Position numbers and translations under genes: made by a program. Of a stretch of 64,000 nt of DNA, positions 31,005 to 40,511 are shown in pieces; position 1 is the first letter of the stretch; every line of letters starts with the position of its first letter. The notes beneath the pieces were generated by a model. It did not search any database. It was not told the DNA's origin and worked only from the letters and a program-made list of their open reading frames with translations. This DNA is from Desulfobulbaceae bacterium (GTDB lineage: Bacteria > Bacteroidota > Ignavibacteria > Kapaibacteriales > UBA2268), in the NCBI GenBank assembly GCA_018335795.1, contig JAGXRP010000021.1, forward strand, positions 86 to 64,085, read 5' to 3'.

Positions 31005-32543
31005 ATGATGAAATATATATTATTCACACTCTACATAATACTAATTCAAACAGAAATATCTGCTCAGAGCAATAATATTTCATATCTTTCTTATAACAAG
31101 GCAAATGAAATTTTGAATTCCAGCATTCGTGCAAACGGCAATTTTTTAGATATACAGTGTATGCAATTCAAGATTCAAGGAAGGGATATGTTGTTGTCGC
31201 ACATCAGAAAACCTTGGGCGACAGTTGAATACCCATTTCAAGGCAATTTTACAATGGATGAAAATTACGAGAATAAAATGATTTCTCGCACTCTCAAGAA
31301 AAGCGGGCATATTGGTATGGTGATGAGCAAGAAGGATGAAGTCTATGTAAAGTATTATTCTTCTAACGACACTGTTAATGTTAGCGGCGAATTAGCTAAA
31401 TACTTCATTAATTCATTAACTCAGATGCTCCCGCATTTGATTCTGGCTGAAGCTGTTCGAAATCGTGAGACTCTCACTTACATAGGAGATGAGAAAATTG
31501 GTGAATTTGCTTATAATGTAATTTCATTCAATAATCAACAAGGTAAAAGAAGATTAATTTATGTAGATAGTCAAAGCGGATTGGTATTCAAAGTCCAAAA
31601 CTTATTCTTTGACAAACAGTGGCCCCACGGAGATGTAATCGAAGAAACAATATATACAGAATATAAATTAATAAATGGCATCCCAATTCCTACTTTTAAG
31701 ATAGTCAAAAGTAGCGATGTAATCATTCAAAGCTATGAATTTAGTGATTTCATGATAAATGTACTCTCAGATTCCTCGGCTTTTGAAATCCCGAATTCAA
31801 CAGAAAAAGGGGAAGTAAAATCAACACAGAACGATGACGCAATAGACATTTCGAATTTACTCATTGAGGAAGTCGGCGAACATTTATATACATTGTATTT
31901 GCCTCCATTGGATTGCAAATCAATGATTATGGAATTCAAGGATTCAATATTAGTAATTGAATCTGCAACAAATTCTGAATATGGCACATTGATAATTGAC
32001 AAAATTCACGACTATTTCCCTAACAAGGTAATCAGTACAGTTGTTTTGAGTCATTATCATCCTTATAGCATGGGTGGAATTAGAGCTTTTGTACACGCTG
32101 GTGCCAATGTAGTTACTACAAAGGGCAACGAGGATTATGCGAAATTCATTATCAATGCTCCTTACAGTTTGCAAGCTGATAGTCTTCAGCTGAATCCCAA
32201 AATAGCTAATATCATTATAGTAAATGACAAGAAAATCGTATTTTCGGAGAATAATTTAAAAGTTGAAATATATGACATAGGCATAAAATCCAATCATACA
32301 GATGAATTCCTTATCAGCTATTTCCCACATGAGAAACTATTATTCACCGGAGATATTTGCTTTGTACCTAAAAACTATGATGATAAAACGCAGGTTAGCA
32401 GTCGGACAAGGGGATTGTACGAAAGTATCGTTGAATTAGGGATTGATGTAGATACTATTATCCCAAATTGGCCCTCGAAAGCATCATCATATAAGGAAAT
32501 GGTTTCTTTTGAAGAACTTGAAAAATTTGTTCTGAAGAAATGA
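31005..32543 (+). CDS. Secreted protein with a C-terminal MBL-fold-like domain
   Basis: Signal peptide, VVLSHYHPYSMGGIR, HTDEFLISYFPHEKLLFTGD. Confidence 0.7.
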   Translation: MMKYILFTLYIILIQTEISAQSNNISYLSYNKANEILNSSIRANGNFLDIQCMQFKIQGRDMLLSHIRKPWATVEYPFQGNFTMDENYENKMISRTLKKSGHIGMVMSKKDEVYVKYYSSNDTVNVSGELAKYFINSLTQMLPHLILAEAVRNRETLTYIGDEKIGEFAYNVISFNNQQGKRRLIYVDSQSGLVFKVQNLFFDKQWPHGDVIEETIYTEYKLINGIPIPTFKIVKSSDVIIQSYEFSDFMINVLSDSSAFEIPNSTEKGEVKSTQNDDAIDISNLLIEEVGEHLYTLYLPPLDCKSMIMEFKDSILVIESATNSEYGTLIIDKIHDYFPNKVISTVVLSHYHPYSMGGIRAFVHAGANVVTTKGNEDYAKFIINAPYSLQADSLQLNPKIANIIIVNDKKIVFSENNLKVEIYDIGIKSNHTDEFLISYFPHEKLLFTGDICFVPKNYDDKTQVSSRTRGLYESIVELGIDVDTIIPNWPSKASSYKEMVSFEELEKFVLKK

Positions 32544-32609
32544 GTCTAATGATTTTATGTTGGAAATTTGATAGAATTTTTCTCAATTTCTGTTATTTTC
32601 CTCTTGTGT

Positions 32610-32634
32610 GAAACCTTTTTTGGATTTGTGGCAC
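32610..32634 (+). promoter_or_regulatory. Putative autoregulatory ECF promoter (near-leaderless)
   Basis: GAAACC-N15-GCAC, 7 nt before the sigma ATG. Confidence 0.5.
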
Positions 32635-32641
32635 TTATATT

Positions 32642-33250
32642 ATGAGTAGAGAACATAATTTGGAAATAGGATTGAAAGATAGTAAACAAAATGAATTCAT
32701 GATTTATTATGACCGAGTGAAATTCAAACTCTCGGGATTTGCGAGAGCAATCACTCGCAATACCGAGAATGCAAGAGACTTGGTTAGCGATACTGTGTTG
32801 GCAGCTTACGAAAATTTTGATAAGATTAAAAATAAAGAGTCCTTCAGCAGTTATATTTTTACCATAGCGGTCAGATTGAATCGTAAGCGTAAGTCAAAAA
32901 TGAAGAACTTTGAAGAAATGGATGATATGGCATTGGAGAATTTGATAAATCACGACCCGATGCCCGATATTTCTCACGACATAAAAGTGCTTTACAACAC
33001 ATTGGACAAATTGCCTGAAAAGATGAAGGAAGCAATCATTTTGTACGAAATTTCAGGATTTACAATCGAAGAAATCAAAGAAATTCAAGGTGGAACAATT
33101 TCGGGTGTGAAATCGAGATTGAAAAGAGGACGAGAAAAATTAAGCGAATTGATGAGTGATAAATTTACATACAAAATGAATAACAATTATTCAGCTGAAC
33201 AGAATGAGTTTTCAAAAAAAAATGAAAAATTAATGAAAGTAGGGATATAA
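32642..33250 (+). CDS. ECF RNA polymerase sigma-70 factor
   Basis: ARDLVSDTVLAAYENF, SFSSYIFTIA, LPEKMKEAIILYEISGFTIEEI...VKSRLKRGREKL. Confidence 0.92.
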   Translation: MSREHNLEIGLKDSKQNEFMIYYDRVKFKLSGFARAITRNTENARDLVSDTVLAAYENFDKIKNKESFSSYIFTIAVRLNRKRKSKMKNFEEMDDMALENLINHDPMPDISHDIKVLYNTLDKLPEKMKEAIILYEISGFTIEEIKEIQGGTISGVKSRLKRGREKLSELMSDKFTYKMNNNYSAEQNEFSKKNEKLMKVGI

Positions 33251-33251
33251 A

Positions 33252-34949
33252 ATGAATAATAAACATACGAATATTGATAATATTTTTGATAAAGCTCGAA
33301 ATCTGGAGCCGGTTTTGAATGATAGTGAGGTTCGCGAACTCATTAGCACAAGTACCGTCAATCCGGTGAGTACAGGTATTTTTAATTACGGAGTAAATAA
33401 AATGACTATATTAAGTTCAATGACAGCTCTTGTCGTATCAGGATTGCTACTATTCAATGTAATTGATTCTGATAAACAAGAACCTACAAATAACAAGGCT
33501 ACTGTTGAATTTTCAACTGCAAAATCGAACCCCGTTGCAAAAGAAGAATTACCAAATGACGATGAGAAAGACATGAATAAAAGTAGAATTAAGCCTAATG
33601 AGCTTGCTATGACTACATACGACATTAATGATGACATCGAATTACCCAAAAAAACTGACAAAATTAACGGAATAAATACAATTACATTACCATATAAAGA
33701 TTTAGATTTATACAATATCAAATTCGACACGAAAACTAAAAATTATGAAGTAATTAGTGGGAAGATGCGAATTGCTATTAGTCCGGATATAAAAACACAA
33801 TTTATTGCGAACTCAGAAGATATTGATCTCGATAAAACAATAGTTCCAAAATTAATTACCTCAGCAAATGGTAACGTAAAAATTGCTTTTTTGACTAATA
33901 ATAATGACATTAGCCCTGAGTGGGAGGAAAATAATCCTAATCAAGTGCTTTATACTGAAAGAGTTGATGACCTTTCATTATTAAGTGATGTAAGCCTTGA
34001 TGATTTATTGCCACTAGAACAAATTAATCCATATACTCTTGATTCACTAATTTCAGCTTGGGGAAATTCCGATAACTTGGGTAAATTCGAAATTGATAGA
34101 AGTAAATTATCAGTGCATATGAACAAATTTAATTTAAATGATAACCTGAATTTAGATTCATCTAATTTTGAAAATTTCGAGTTTGAATTTGATTTTAGTA
34201 ACTTTGATAGTAGTTTGAATAAAATTATGATTTTCCAAAGCGATTCATTGCGATTCAACTCAAGTAATATACAAATTGATTTGAATAATTTGGACAGCAT
34301 AATCAACAAGAAAATAGAGCAAAAAATAGTAATTAAACGCCAAAATAACGAATCAAATATTGACTCATTAGGTGAGTCGAAAATGGATAAAATTCACAGA
34401 ATGATGCCCAAAGACAAATTTTCGCATCTTGATAATCGCCTTAAAATGATGACTGAATTGACTGTCAATAAATTAATTCCTGTCCGATTTGATGTTCCGG
34501 ATGGCGGCGCAGACTTAATCTTCTGGTTTGAACCGACAGATGAACTACTCGAAGTCGTGCCGGATAACATCAAATCACAGGTCGCAGCCGAGATTGAAGC
34601 GATTAACAGCAGCGAAGATATTTGCAAAGCGGCACCTGAGACAGGTTCCGAGACTATAATGGACGTTTGGCGTTCGTGTAGTGGTGCAGTCGAAAACATG
34701 ATGGTTTATCCAAATCCTACAAATGGTCCGGTTTCTGTCAATTTCCAATTGAAAGAGGACAGAAAAGTGAAACTTTCGATTCATGACCTTACAGGGAAAT
34801 TATTGATGACACTATCACCGGAAACACTAATTCGCAAAGGCGAATTCCGCGAGAATTTCAATTTGAACAAGTTAACTCCCGGAATGTATTTGCTCGTAGC
34901 CCAAACACACTACGGCGAACAAACTTTGCAACGCATAGTTATTGAATAA
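33252..34949 (+). CDS. Single-pass anti-sigma-like protein with a C-terminal T9SS sorting domain
   Basis: About 50-aa soluble N-terminus, then TM MTILSSMTALVVSGLLLFNVI. C-terminus VYPNPTNGPVSVNF...KLSIHDLTGK...LTPGMYLLVAQT...RIVIE. Starts 1 nt after the sigma stop. Confidence 0.8.
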   Translation: MNNKHTNIDNIFDKARNLEPVLNDSEVRELISTSTVNPVSTGIFNYGVNKMTILSSMTALVVSGLLLFNVIDSDKQEPTNNKATVEFSTAKSNPVAKEELPNDDEKDMNKSRIKPNELAMTTYDINDDIELPKKTDKINGINTITLPYKDLDLYNIKFDTKTKNYEVISGKMRIAISPDIKTQFIANSEDIDLDKTIVPKLITSANGNVKIAFLTNNNDISPEWEENNPNQVLYTERVDDLSLLSDVSLDDLLPLEQINPYTLDSLISAWGNSDNLGKFEIDRSKLSVHMNKFNLNDNLNLDSSNFENFEFEFDFSNFDSSLNKIMIFQSDSLRFNSSNIQIDLNNLDSIINKKIEQKIVIKRQNNESNIDSLGESKMDKIHRMMPKDKFSHLDNRLKMMTELTVNKLIPVRFDVPDGGADLIFWFEPTDELLEVVPDNIKSQVAAEIEAINSSEDICKAAPETGSETIMDVWRSCSGAVENMMVYPNPTNGPVSVNFQLKEDRKVKLSIHDLTGKLLMTLSPETLIRKGEFRENFNLNKLTPGMYLLVAQTHYGEQTLQRIVIE

Positions 34950-34978
34950 TTACGATTCATAATTACAAAATCAACAAG

Positions 34979-35004
34979 AATGGAGGGCTCATGCTCTCCA
35001 TTTT
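34979..35004 (+). terminator. Rho-independent terminator after the sigma/anti-sigma operon
   Basis: AATGGAGGGC-tcat-GCTCTCCATT followed by TT. Confidence 0.65.
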
Positions 35005-35164
35005 CATTATATAATTGCAAAGAACGCTGTTAAGCCTATACAATTTAATTTTTTTTCCGATGGAGATGATTCAGATTCAAAAAAAGTAACATATCTGTGT
35101 GACGCTTAGAATTTTCAATCGTCATAAACGTTAAGTAAGTGGTGGTAAGTAAAATTTATATAGA

Positions 35165-36436
35165 ATGATGACTATTTTAAAAATTAAGAATATAGTATTG
35201 ATTTGCCTTTTCATGTTGCCTTCTTTGATGAGGGCTGACAGATTGATTATACCGATGGATTTGGCTCAAACTGACCATCTCAAAGCTTATGGTGTGACAT
35301 TTTGGATACTCGAAAACGGTGGCACAGCCGATTGGCTGCTCAACTATCGTGGTGGGTCTTTCTTAGTTGATTATACTGATAAGTTTGCAGCTGAATGTCG
35401 AATTCGCGGTGTTTCTTTTGAGCGACTAAGCGAATCACAAGCTCTATCAATTATAGATGAGGTCAGCCAAGAAAACGTAAATATGGAAGTGGTCAAACTC
35501 GAAAAGCCACCAAAGATTGCCGTTTACGCCCCTCCCGGCGCCCAACCTTGGGACGATGCTGTACGTATTGCACTTGAATATGCCGAAGTTAAGCATGATT
35601 TAATTTGGGATGAAGAAGTAATGGGCGACAAACTCAAGGAATACGATTGGCTACACCTCCATCATGAAGACTTTACAGGGCAGCACGGCAAATTTTGGGT
35701 TGCTTATAGGAACACTCCTTGGTATATTCAGCAGGTCGCTTTAAATGAAAGTATGGCAAAGAAGCTCGGTTTCCCTGATGTTTGCGAGCTTAAAAAGGCA
35801 GTAGCCCGCCAAATTCGCGAATATACTGCTTCGGGTGGATTTTTATTTGCTATGTGTACAGCTACAGATTCTTACGATATTGCTTTGTCAGTAGAGCATG
35901 TGGACATGTGCGATGTTATGTTCGACGGCACTCCGCATGACCATGGTGCCAATTCCAAGTTGAATTTTGAAGAGACTTTCGCTTTTGAGAATTTCCGTTT
36001 GATTTTAGACCCGATGGAAGTGGAATTTTCGGATATTGATGTAGGGCATCACAATGTCAACAATCCCGATGCCGATTGGTTCACTTTGTTCGATTTTTCG
36101 GCTAAATATGACCCTGTACCGTCAATGCTGACACAAAATCACGTAAATGTTATCAAAGGTTTCATGGGGCAAACGACATCTTTCAACAAGGATTTGCTCA
36201 AAAATACGGTAACGATTTTGGCTATGAAAGAAGGCACAAATGAGGTCAAATACATTCACGGAAATGTTGGCAGGGGAACTTATACCTGGCTTGGCGGTCA
36301 CGACCCTGAAGATTATGTGCATAGAGTTGGCGATCCACCGACGGATTTGAATTTGTTCAAAAATTCTCCCGGATACAGACTGATTCTGAATAATATCTTG
36401 TTCCCTGCTGCAAAAAAGAAAAAACAGAAAACTTAA
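35165..36436 (+). CDS. Conserved Bacteroidota exported protein (often labelled asparagine synthetase B); function unknown
   Basis: LIIPMD..QTDHLKAYG, WLLNYRGGSF, YDWLHLHHEDFTGQHGKF, FAMCTATDSYDIAL, GHDPED, SPGYRLILNN. Confidence 0.8.
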   Translation: MMTILKIKNIVLICLFMLPSLMRADRLIIPMDLAQTDHLKAYGVTFWILENGGTADWLLNYRGGSFLVDYTDKFAAECRIRGVSFERLSESQALSIIDEVSQENVNMEVVKLEKPPKIAVYAPPGAQPWDDAVRIALEYAEVKHDLIWDEEVMGDKLKEYDWLHLHHEDFTGQHGKFWVAYRNTPWYIQQVALNESMAKKLGFPDVCELKKAVARQIREYTASGGFLFAMCTATDSYDIALSVEHVDMCDVMFDGTPHDHGANSKLNFEETFAFENFRLILDPMEVEFSDIDVGHHNVNNPDADWFTLFDFSAKYDPVPSMLTQNHVNVIKGFMGQTTSFNKDLLKNTVTILAMKEGTNEVKYIHGNVGRGTYTWLGGHDPEDYVHRVGDPPTDLNLFKNSPGYRLILNNILFPAAKKKKQKT

Positions 36437-36472
36437 TCATGAATTATAGTGAAATGTATTTGAATATATATT

Positions 36473-36480
36473 TATATTTG
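36473..36480 (+). promoter_or_regulatory. -7 promoter box for the 36507 operon
   Basis: TATATTTG 26 nt before the ATG. Confidence 0.5.
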
Positions 36481-36506
36481 TAAATTATTAATTTTAACGG
36501 TAAAAA

Positions 36507-37328
36507 ATGTATCGGATATTAGCGACATTTTTAATTATTCTGGCATCGGTAATACTCTCGGCTCCAACTTCTGAGGCTGCGATCTCAGTTGGGTTACGAG
36601 ACACGAGCATTGCGCGTGGCACAACGAACTTAATCCCCATATATGGAGAAATCCCTTCAAACTCTGTTGGAAATTTTGAACTTTCTGTCCGTTTCAATGC
36701 CTATGTGATAGACATCAAAAGAATTGTTACAGATGCAAGTACCTGCCTTGATGAACAAAATACATTCTCGGTAGATTTAACAAAAATCGAATCTGCTTCT
36801 TTTGAGGTTTCTTCAGATAATTTCAAAATGCCATTTACCGGCATACTATTCTATCTCGAAGTCGAAGGTTTGGCAGGTCCTGATACAGCTACTTTGGTAG
36901 CACCGATTATAATAAAAATCGGGGGTGTCGAGCAGCAAGCTGATTTTGGTTCAGGAACGATTTCGGTACAATCAATACCGGTTGGACCAAAGTTAACAGA
37001 AGGATTAGGGCAAAATTTCCCCAACCCATTTAATGTATATACCGAAATATTTTTCAGTGTTGACAGCGAAACTAAAGTCAGTTTCAAAGTTTTCTCTCTT
37101 AATGGAAGAAATGTTTTCAGCTCAGCACTAAATGACGACTCGTTTGTAACAGAAATATACGATGATGCAGGCAATGAGATTGATGATTATACCGAGCACG
37201 TATTCGTAGCCGGACGATATAAAATGAGACTTACACCTGCTTCTTGGAACATTTCTGCAGGTGCATATTACTTAGTAATGGCAGTACAAGACCAAGTCTA
37301 TAAAACAAATTTCATGTACTTCAAGTAA
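36507..37328 (+). CDS. Cohesin-like domain + T9SS CTD protein
   Basis: Signal peptide, beta-rich cohesin-like N-terminal half, LGQNFPNPFN...ISAGAYYLVM tail. Confidence 0.65.
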   Translation: MYRILATFLIILASVILSAPTSEAAISVGLRDTSIARGTTNLIPIYGEIPSNSVGNFELSVRFNAYVIDIKRIVTDASTCLDEQNTFSVDLTKIESASFEVSSDNFKMPFTGILFYLEVEGLAGPDTATLVAPIIIKIGGVEQQADFGSGTISVQSIPVGPKLTEGLGQNFPNPFNVYTEIFFSVDSETKVSFKVFSLNGRNVFSSALNDDSFVTEIYDDAGNEIDDYTEHVFVAGRYKMRLTPASWNISAGAYYLVMAVQDQVYKTNFMYFK

Positions 37329-39743
37329 ATGAGAAATAAATTGAAAACAAAAATTATACTTATTTTAATTCTGATGATTGTCGGATTGCCCAATTTATCA
37401 GCACAAGATGAAATTGACCCAAAATTAGCATTTATTGCAAAAAAACCTATCGGTACTGAATTCTGGCTTTGTTTCATGACAAATTTCAAAGAAGAACCGG
37501 GCAATGTCAAAAATGCTCTTTTGCTTGAGCTTTTTATCACCGGCGACCACGATGCAACGGTCAGCATAAGTATTCCGATAATCAATTATAAACAGACAAT
37601 GTTTGTTCCGGCAGGAACTGTAAGGAGCATAGTTGTCGACCCATTGGCTCAAATTCGTAGCTATGAAGTGGTTGAAAGAGGATTAGGAGTCAACGTAATG
37701 TCCGATAATCCAATTTCTGTTTATGGATTGAATCGCCGCCACCAAACGACTGACACTTATCTCGGACTCCCTATCAATGTGCTTGGCACCGAATATCGTG
37801 CTATGTGCTATCACGTAGCTGAAAAATTATCGCCAATTTTTGCAATAGTCGCTACAGAGAATAATACAATTGTGGAAATAACACCTTCTACAATCACTTA
37901 TACCGGCAAACCTCGAAGCGAAAAATATACAGTCACTTTAAACAAAGGTGATGTTTATCAAGTTGGAGCAGAAACAGAATCTCGGATTCTGCGTAAATTC
38001 AACATACGTGATATTGAAGTTGATTTGACAGGTTCGCTGATTAAATCGAATAAGAAAATAGCAGTATTTAGCGGGCATGAATGTACATACATACCTGTAG
38101 GTCCTCCACGTATCAAGGCGTGTAATCATTTAGTGGAGCAATTACCTCCTGTCAATTCGTGGGGAAAGCATTTTTACCTTGGCAGACTCAAAGGCAGGTC
38201 TTTTTATACTTATCGAGTATTGGCTCATGAAGCAAATACGAAGGTGTTTGAAAATTCAAAATTAATTGCTACTTTGAAAGCAGGACAATTTATTGAAAAA
38301 AATTCTAACCAAGATTTGCAAGTAACGGCAGATAAGCCTGTTCTGGTATCACAATATTCTCAAGGATATGAAAACGGCGACCAAATCGGCGACCCAATGA
38401 TGCTTTTGATTAGTCCGACACAACAATTCTTGAACGAATATAGATTTGCAACGCCCATCAATGGCAGTTGGAATCACCATATTAATGTTGTGGTGCCAAC
38501 GAATTCAATTGCAACTATGGAATTGAATGACAGAAAGATGGATACAAAGGATTTTACTCAACTTGGAATGACAAGATATTCAATCGCATTCATTGATGTA
38601 CCTTTCGGGACGCATTATATACGTGGCAAAGAACCATTTGGGATGTATTCTTACGGATTTGGCTTCGGTGATATTGATGCTTATGATGCTTATGGCAACA
38701 TGGGCGGTCAATCTTTCCTTGAGTACGTTCCTAAAAAAGATACAATTCCACCAATGGCAGAAATGACGGAAGTTGATGGTAATTTAATGATAATTGTCAG
38801 AGATGATAGGGTTGACGACCTTGGTTTGAGCAAAATATCTGTTGTTGATAGTGCAGGAATAAGTGCTACAATTCCCCGAATTGCTGATGGGATGCCTCAG
38901 GCTCAATTTGCCATCAAGGTTCAAAATCCTTCTTTCGAGGGTTCGTTGATTTTAGAATTGATGGATGTCGCCCAAAATATTTCTCTTTATACATTATGCT
39001 ATTCTTACGAACCAAGTACAGGAACTTTGGGATATTCATTAATAGAAGGCATCAGCAAAACTTGTATATCCAATCCGGGATACACAGTCGGGATTTTTGG
39101 TCAATATTCGCTCTCTACACATGCTGCAAGTTTTGCTCGAACCGGCGACCTCAGTTTTCCGGGTACCTTTTCTTCAGCAGCCGGCAGTGGCGGGTGGTTT
39201 GGAATTTATGCTTCAAAACGCTTTTTGCCAAAGATGAATATCGCAGCAACTTTGTCATTGGAAAGCATCGGTGGAGAATTAAATGCCCCCGACAGCATTT
39301 TATCAAGTCGTCGTGACCCCACTACAGGTCAGCTTTTGCCATTCCAAGAATCTCATCTAATAAAACTTGAAAATTTATATGCTAACCTTTCATTTGGAGT
39401 TGAATATTTCATTAATCGCTTGATGTATTTAAACTGCGGTATAAATGTCGGGATGGCGCTCGGAAAATCAGCCGAAATAAGAAAGAGAATTAATATACCC
39501 GATAATTTTGTTTACGAAAACGGTTCCCGATATTTGTCACTTGACGTTGCCGAACTCGAATCACTCAATAGTCTCAGACTTGGTTTTTACGTAGGAATTG
39601 GAGCTAGCGTGCCAATAATTGACAGATTTTCTGGTTTCTTCGAATCGAGCATGAATTTCTCACCATTTGATATTGCCGAAGATACTGATTGGCAGGTTCA
39701 GATGTTGAAAATAAGACTCGGCGCTAAATATTTGGTAAAGTGA
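37329..39743 (+). CDS. IgGFc-binding-domain protein fused to a C-terminal beta-barrel
   Basis: GTEFWLCFMTN, SDNPISVYGLN...DTYLGLPINVLGTEY, DAYDAYGNMGG. The last ~220 aa are amphipathic strands ending MLKIRLGAKYLVK. Confidence 0.8.
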   Translation: MRNKLKTKIILILILMIVGLPNLSAQDEIDPKLAFIAKKPIGTEFWLCFMTNFKEEPGNVKNALLLELFITGDHDATVSISIPIINYKQTMFVPAGTVRSIVVDPLAQIRSYEVVERGLGVNVMSDNPISVYGLNRRHQTTDTYLGLPINVLGTEYRAMCYHVAEKLSPIFAIVATENNTIVEITPSTITYTGKPRSEKYTVTLNKGDVYQVGAETESRILRKFNIRDIEVDLTGSLIKSNKKIAVFSGHECTYIPVGPPRIKACNHLVEQLPPVNSWGKHFYLGRLKGRSFYTYRVLAHEANTKVFENSKLIATLKAGQFIEKNSNQDLQVTADKPVLVSQYSQGYENGDQIGDPMMLLISPTQQFLNEYRFATPINGSWNHHINVVVPTNSIATMELNDRKMDTKDFTQLGMTRYSIAFIDVPFGTHYIRGKEPFGMYSYGFGFGDIDAYDAYGNMGGQSFLEYVPKKDTIPPMAEMTEVDGNLMIIVRDDRVDDLGLSKISVVDSAGISATIPRIADGMPQAQFAIKVQNPSFEGSLILELMDVAQNISLYTLCYSYEPSTGTLGYSLIEGISKTCISNPGYTVGIFGQYSLSTHAASFARTGDLSFPGTFSSAAGSGGWFGIYASKRFLPKMNIAATLSLESIGGELNAPDSILSSRRDPTTGQLLPFQESHLIKLENLYANLSFGVEYFINRLMYLNCGINVGMALGKSAEIRKRINIPDNFVYENGSRYLSLDVAELESLNSLRLGFYVGIGASVPIIDRFSGFFESSMNFSPFDIAEDTDWQVQMLKIRLGAKYLVK

Positions 39744-39747
39744 AAAT

Positions 39748-40422
39748 ATGGGCATTAATTACCTCAGAATCTCAGCAGTTTTAACAAAAGAACTAAAAAG
39801 CGAATTCCGGACACGCTATGCTATTTCCGCTGTTTTGCTTTTTGTGCTGACTACAATCACAATGATAATGTTTGCCACTGCGGGTGAAACTATTACTCCG
39901 ATGATTGCAGCAGGCATTTTGTGGGTAATTATGTTTTTTGCTTCCATGACTGGATTATCCAAAGTATTCGTGAGCGAAGAAGAGCGGGGTACTTATATTT
40001 TACTCCAACTCAGCTCCACTCCTTATGCAATCTATTTTGGGAAACTATTATTCAATGTGCTATTGAGCGCTTCGCTTAATTTTTTCGCCGTTGTATTGTT
40101 TTTCTTGTTTTTAGGCGATATAGAAGTAAAAAATCTAACCTTGTTTATTTCAACAATTGCCATAGGTAGTCTTTCGGTGGCTTCAGCTACTACAATAATT
40201 TCAGCATTAATTGCCAAAGCAAACAGCAAAAACGCACTTTTCCCGGTACTTTCATTTCCGATTCTACTCCCGATAATAATATTAGGGGTAGGTCTTACAA
40301 AAATGTCATTCGAAGGGATTGCATTTGAAGATGCAATGAAGGATTTGCAAATGATGGTAGCATATAGCGGATTGATGATAGTAGCTTCGTATTTCTTATT
40401 TGATTTTGTAAATAAAGATTAA
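39748..40422 (+). CDS. ccmB: Heme exporter protein B
   Basis: Multi-pass; KELKSEFRTR, GILWV..FFASMTGLSKVFVSEEERGT, LFPVLSFPILLP. Confidence 0.88.
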   Translation: MGINYLRISAVLTKELKSEFRTRYAISAVLLFVLTTITMIMFATAGETITPMIAAGILWVIMFFASMTGLSKVFVSEEERGTYILLQLSSTPYAIYFGKLLFNVLLSASLNFFAVVLFFLFLGDIEVKNLTLFISTIAIGSLSVASATTIISALIAKANSKNALFPVLSFPILLPIIILGVGLTKMSFEGIAFEDAMKDLQMMVAYSGLMIVASYFLFDFVNKD

Positions 40423-40511
40423 TTTCGTGTTAATGTCACCTCAAATTTCATTGTGACATCAGCATTTCATATATTTGTATGATATAAAATTTATAACTAA
40501 GGTATTTATTT

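Noticed and set aside
29039-32543. tRNA-Ser-anchored genomic island
   Set aside because: No integrase and no duplicated tRNA 3' end (att site) found; neighbours are ordinary genes.
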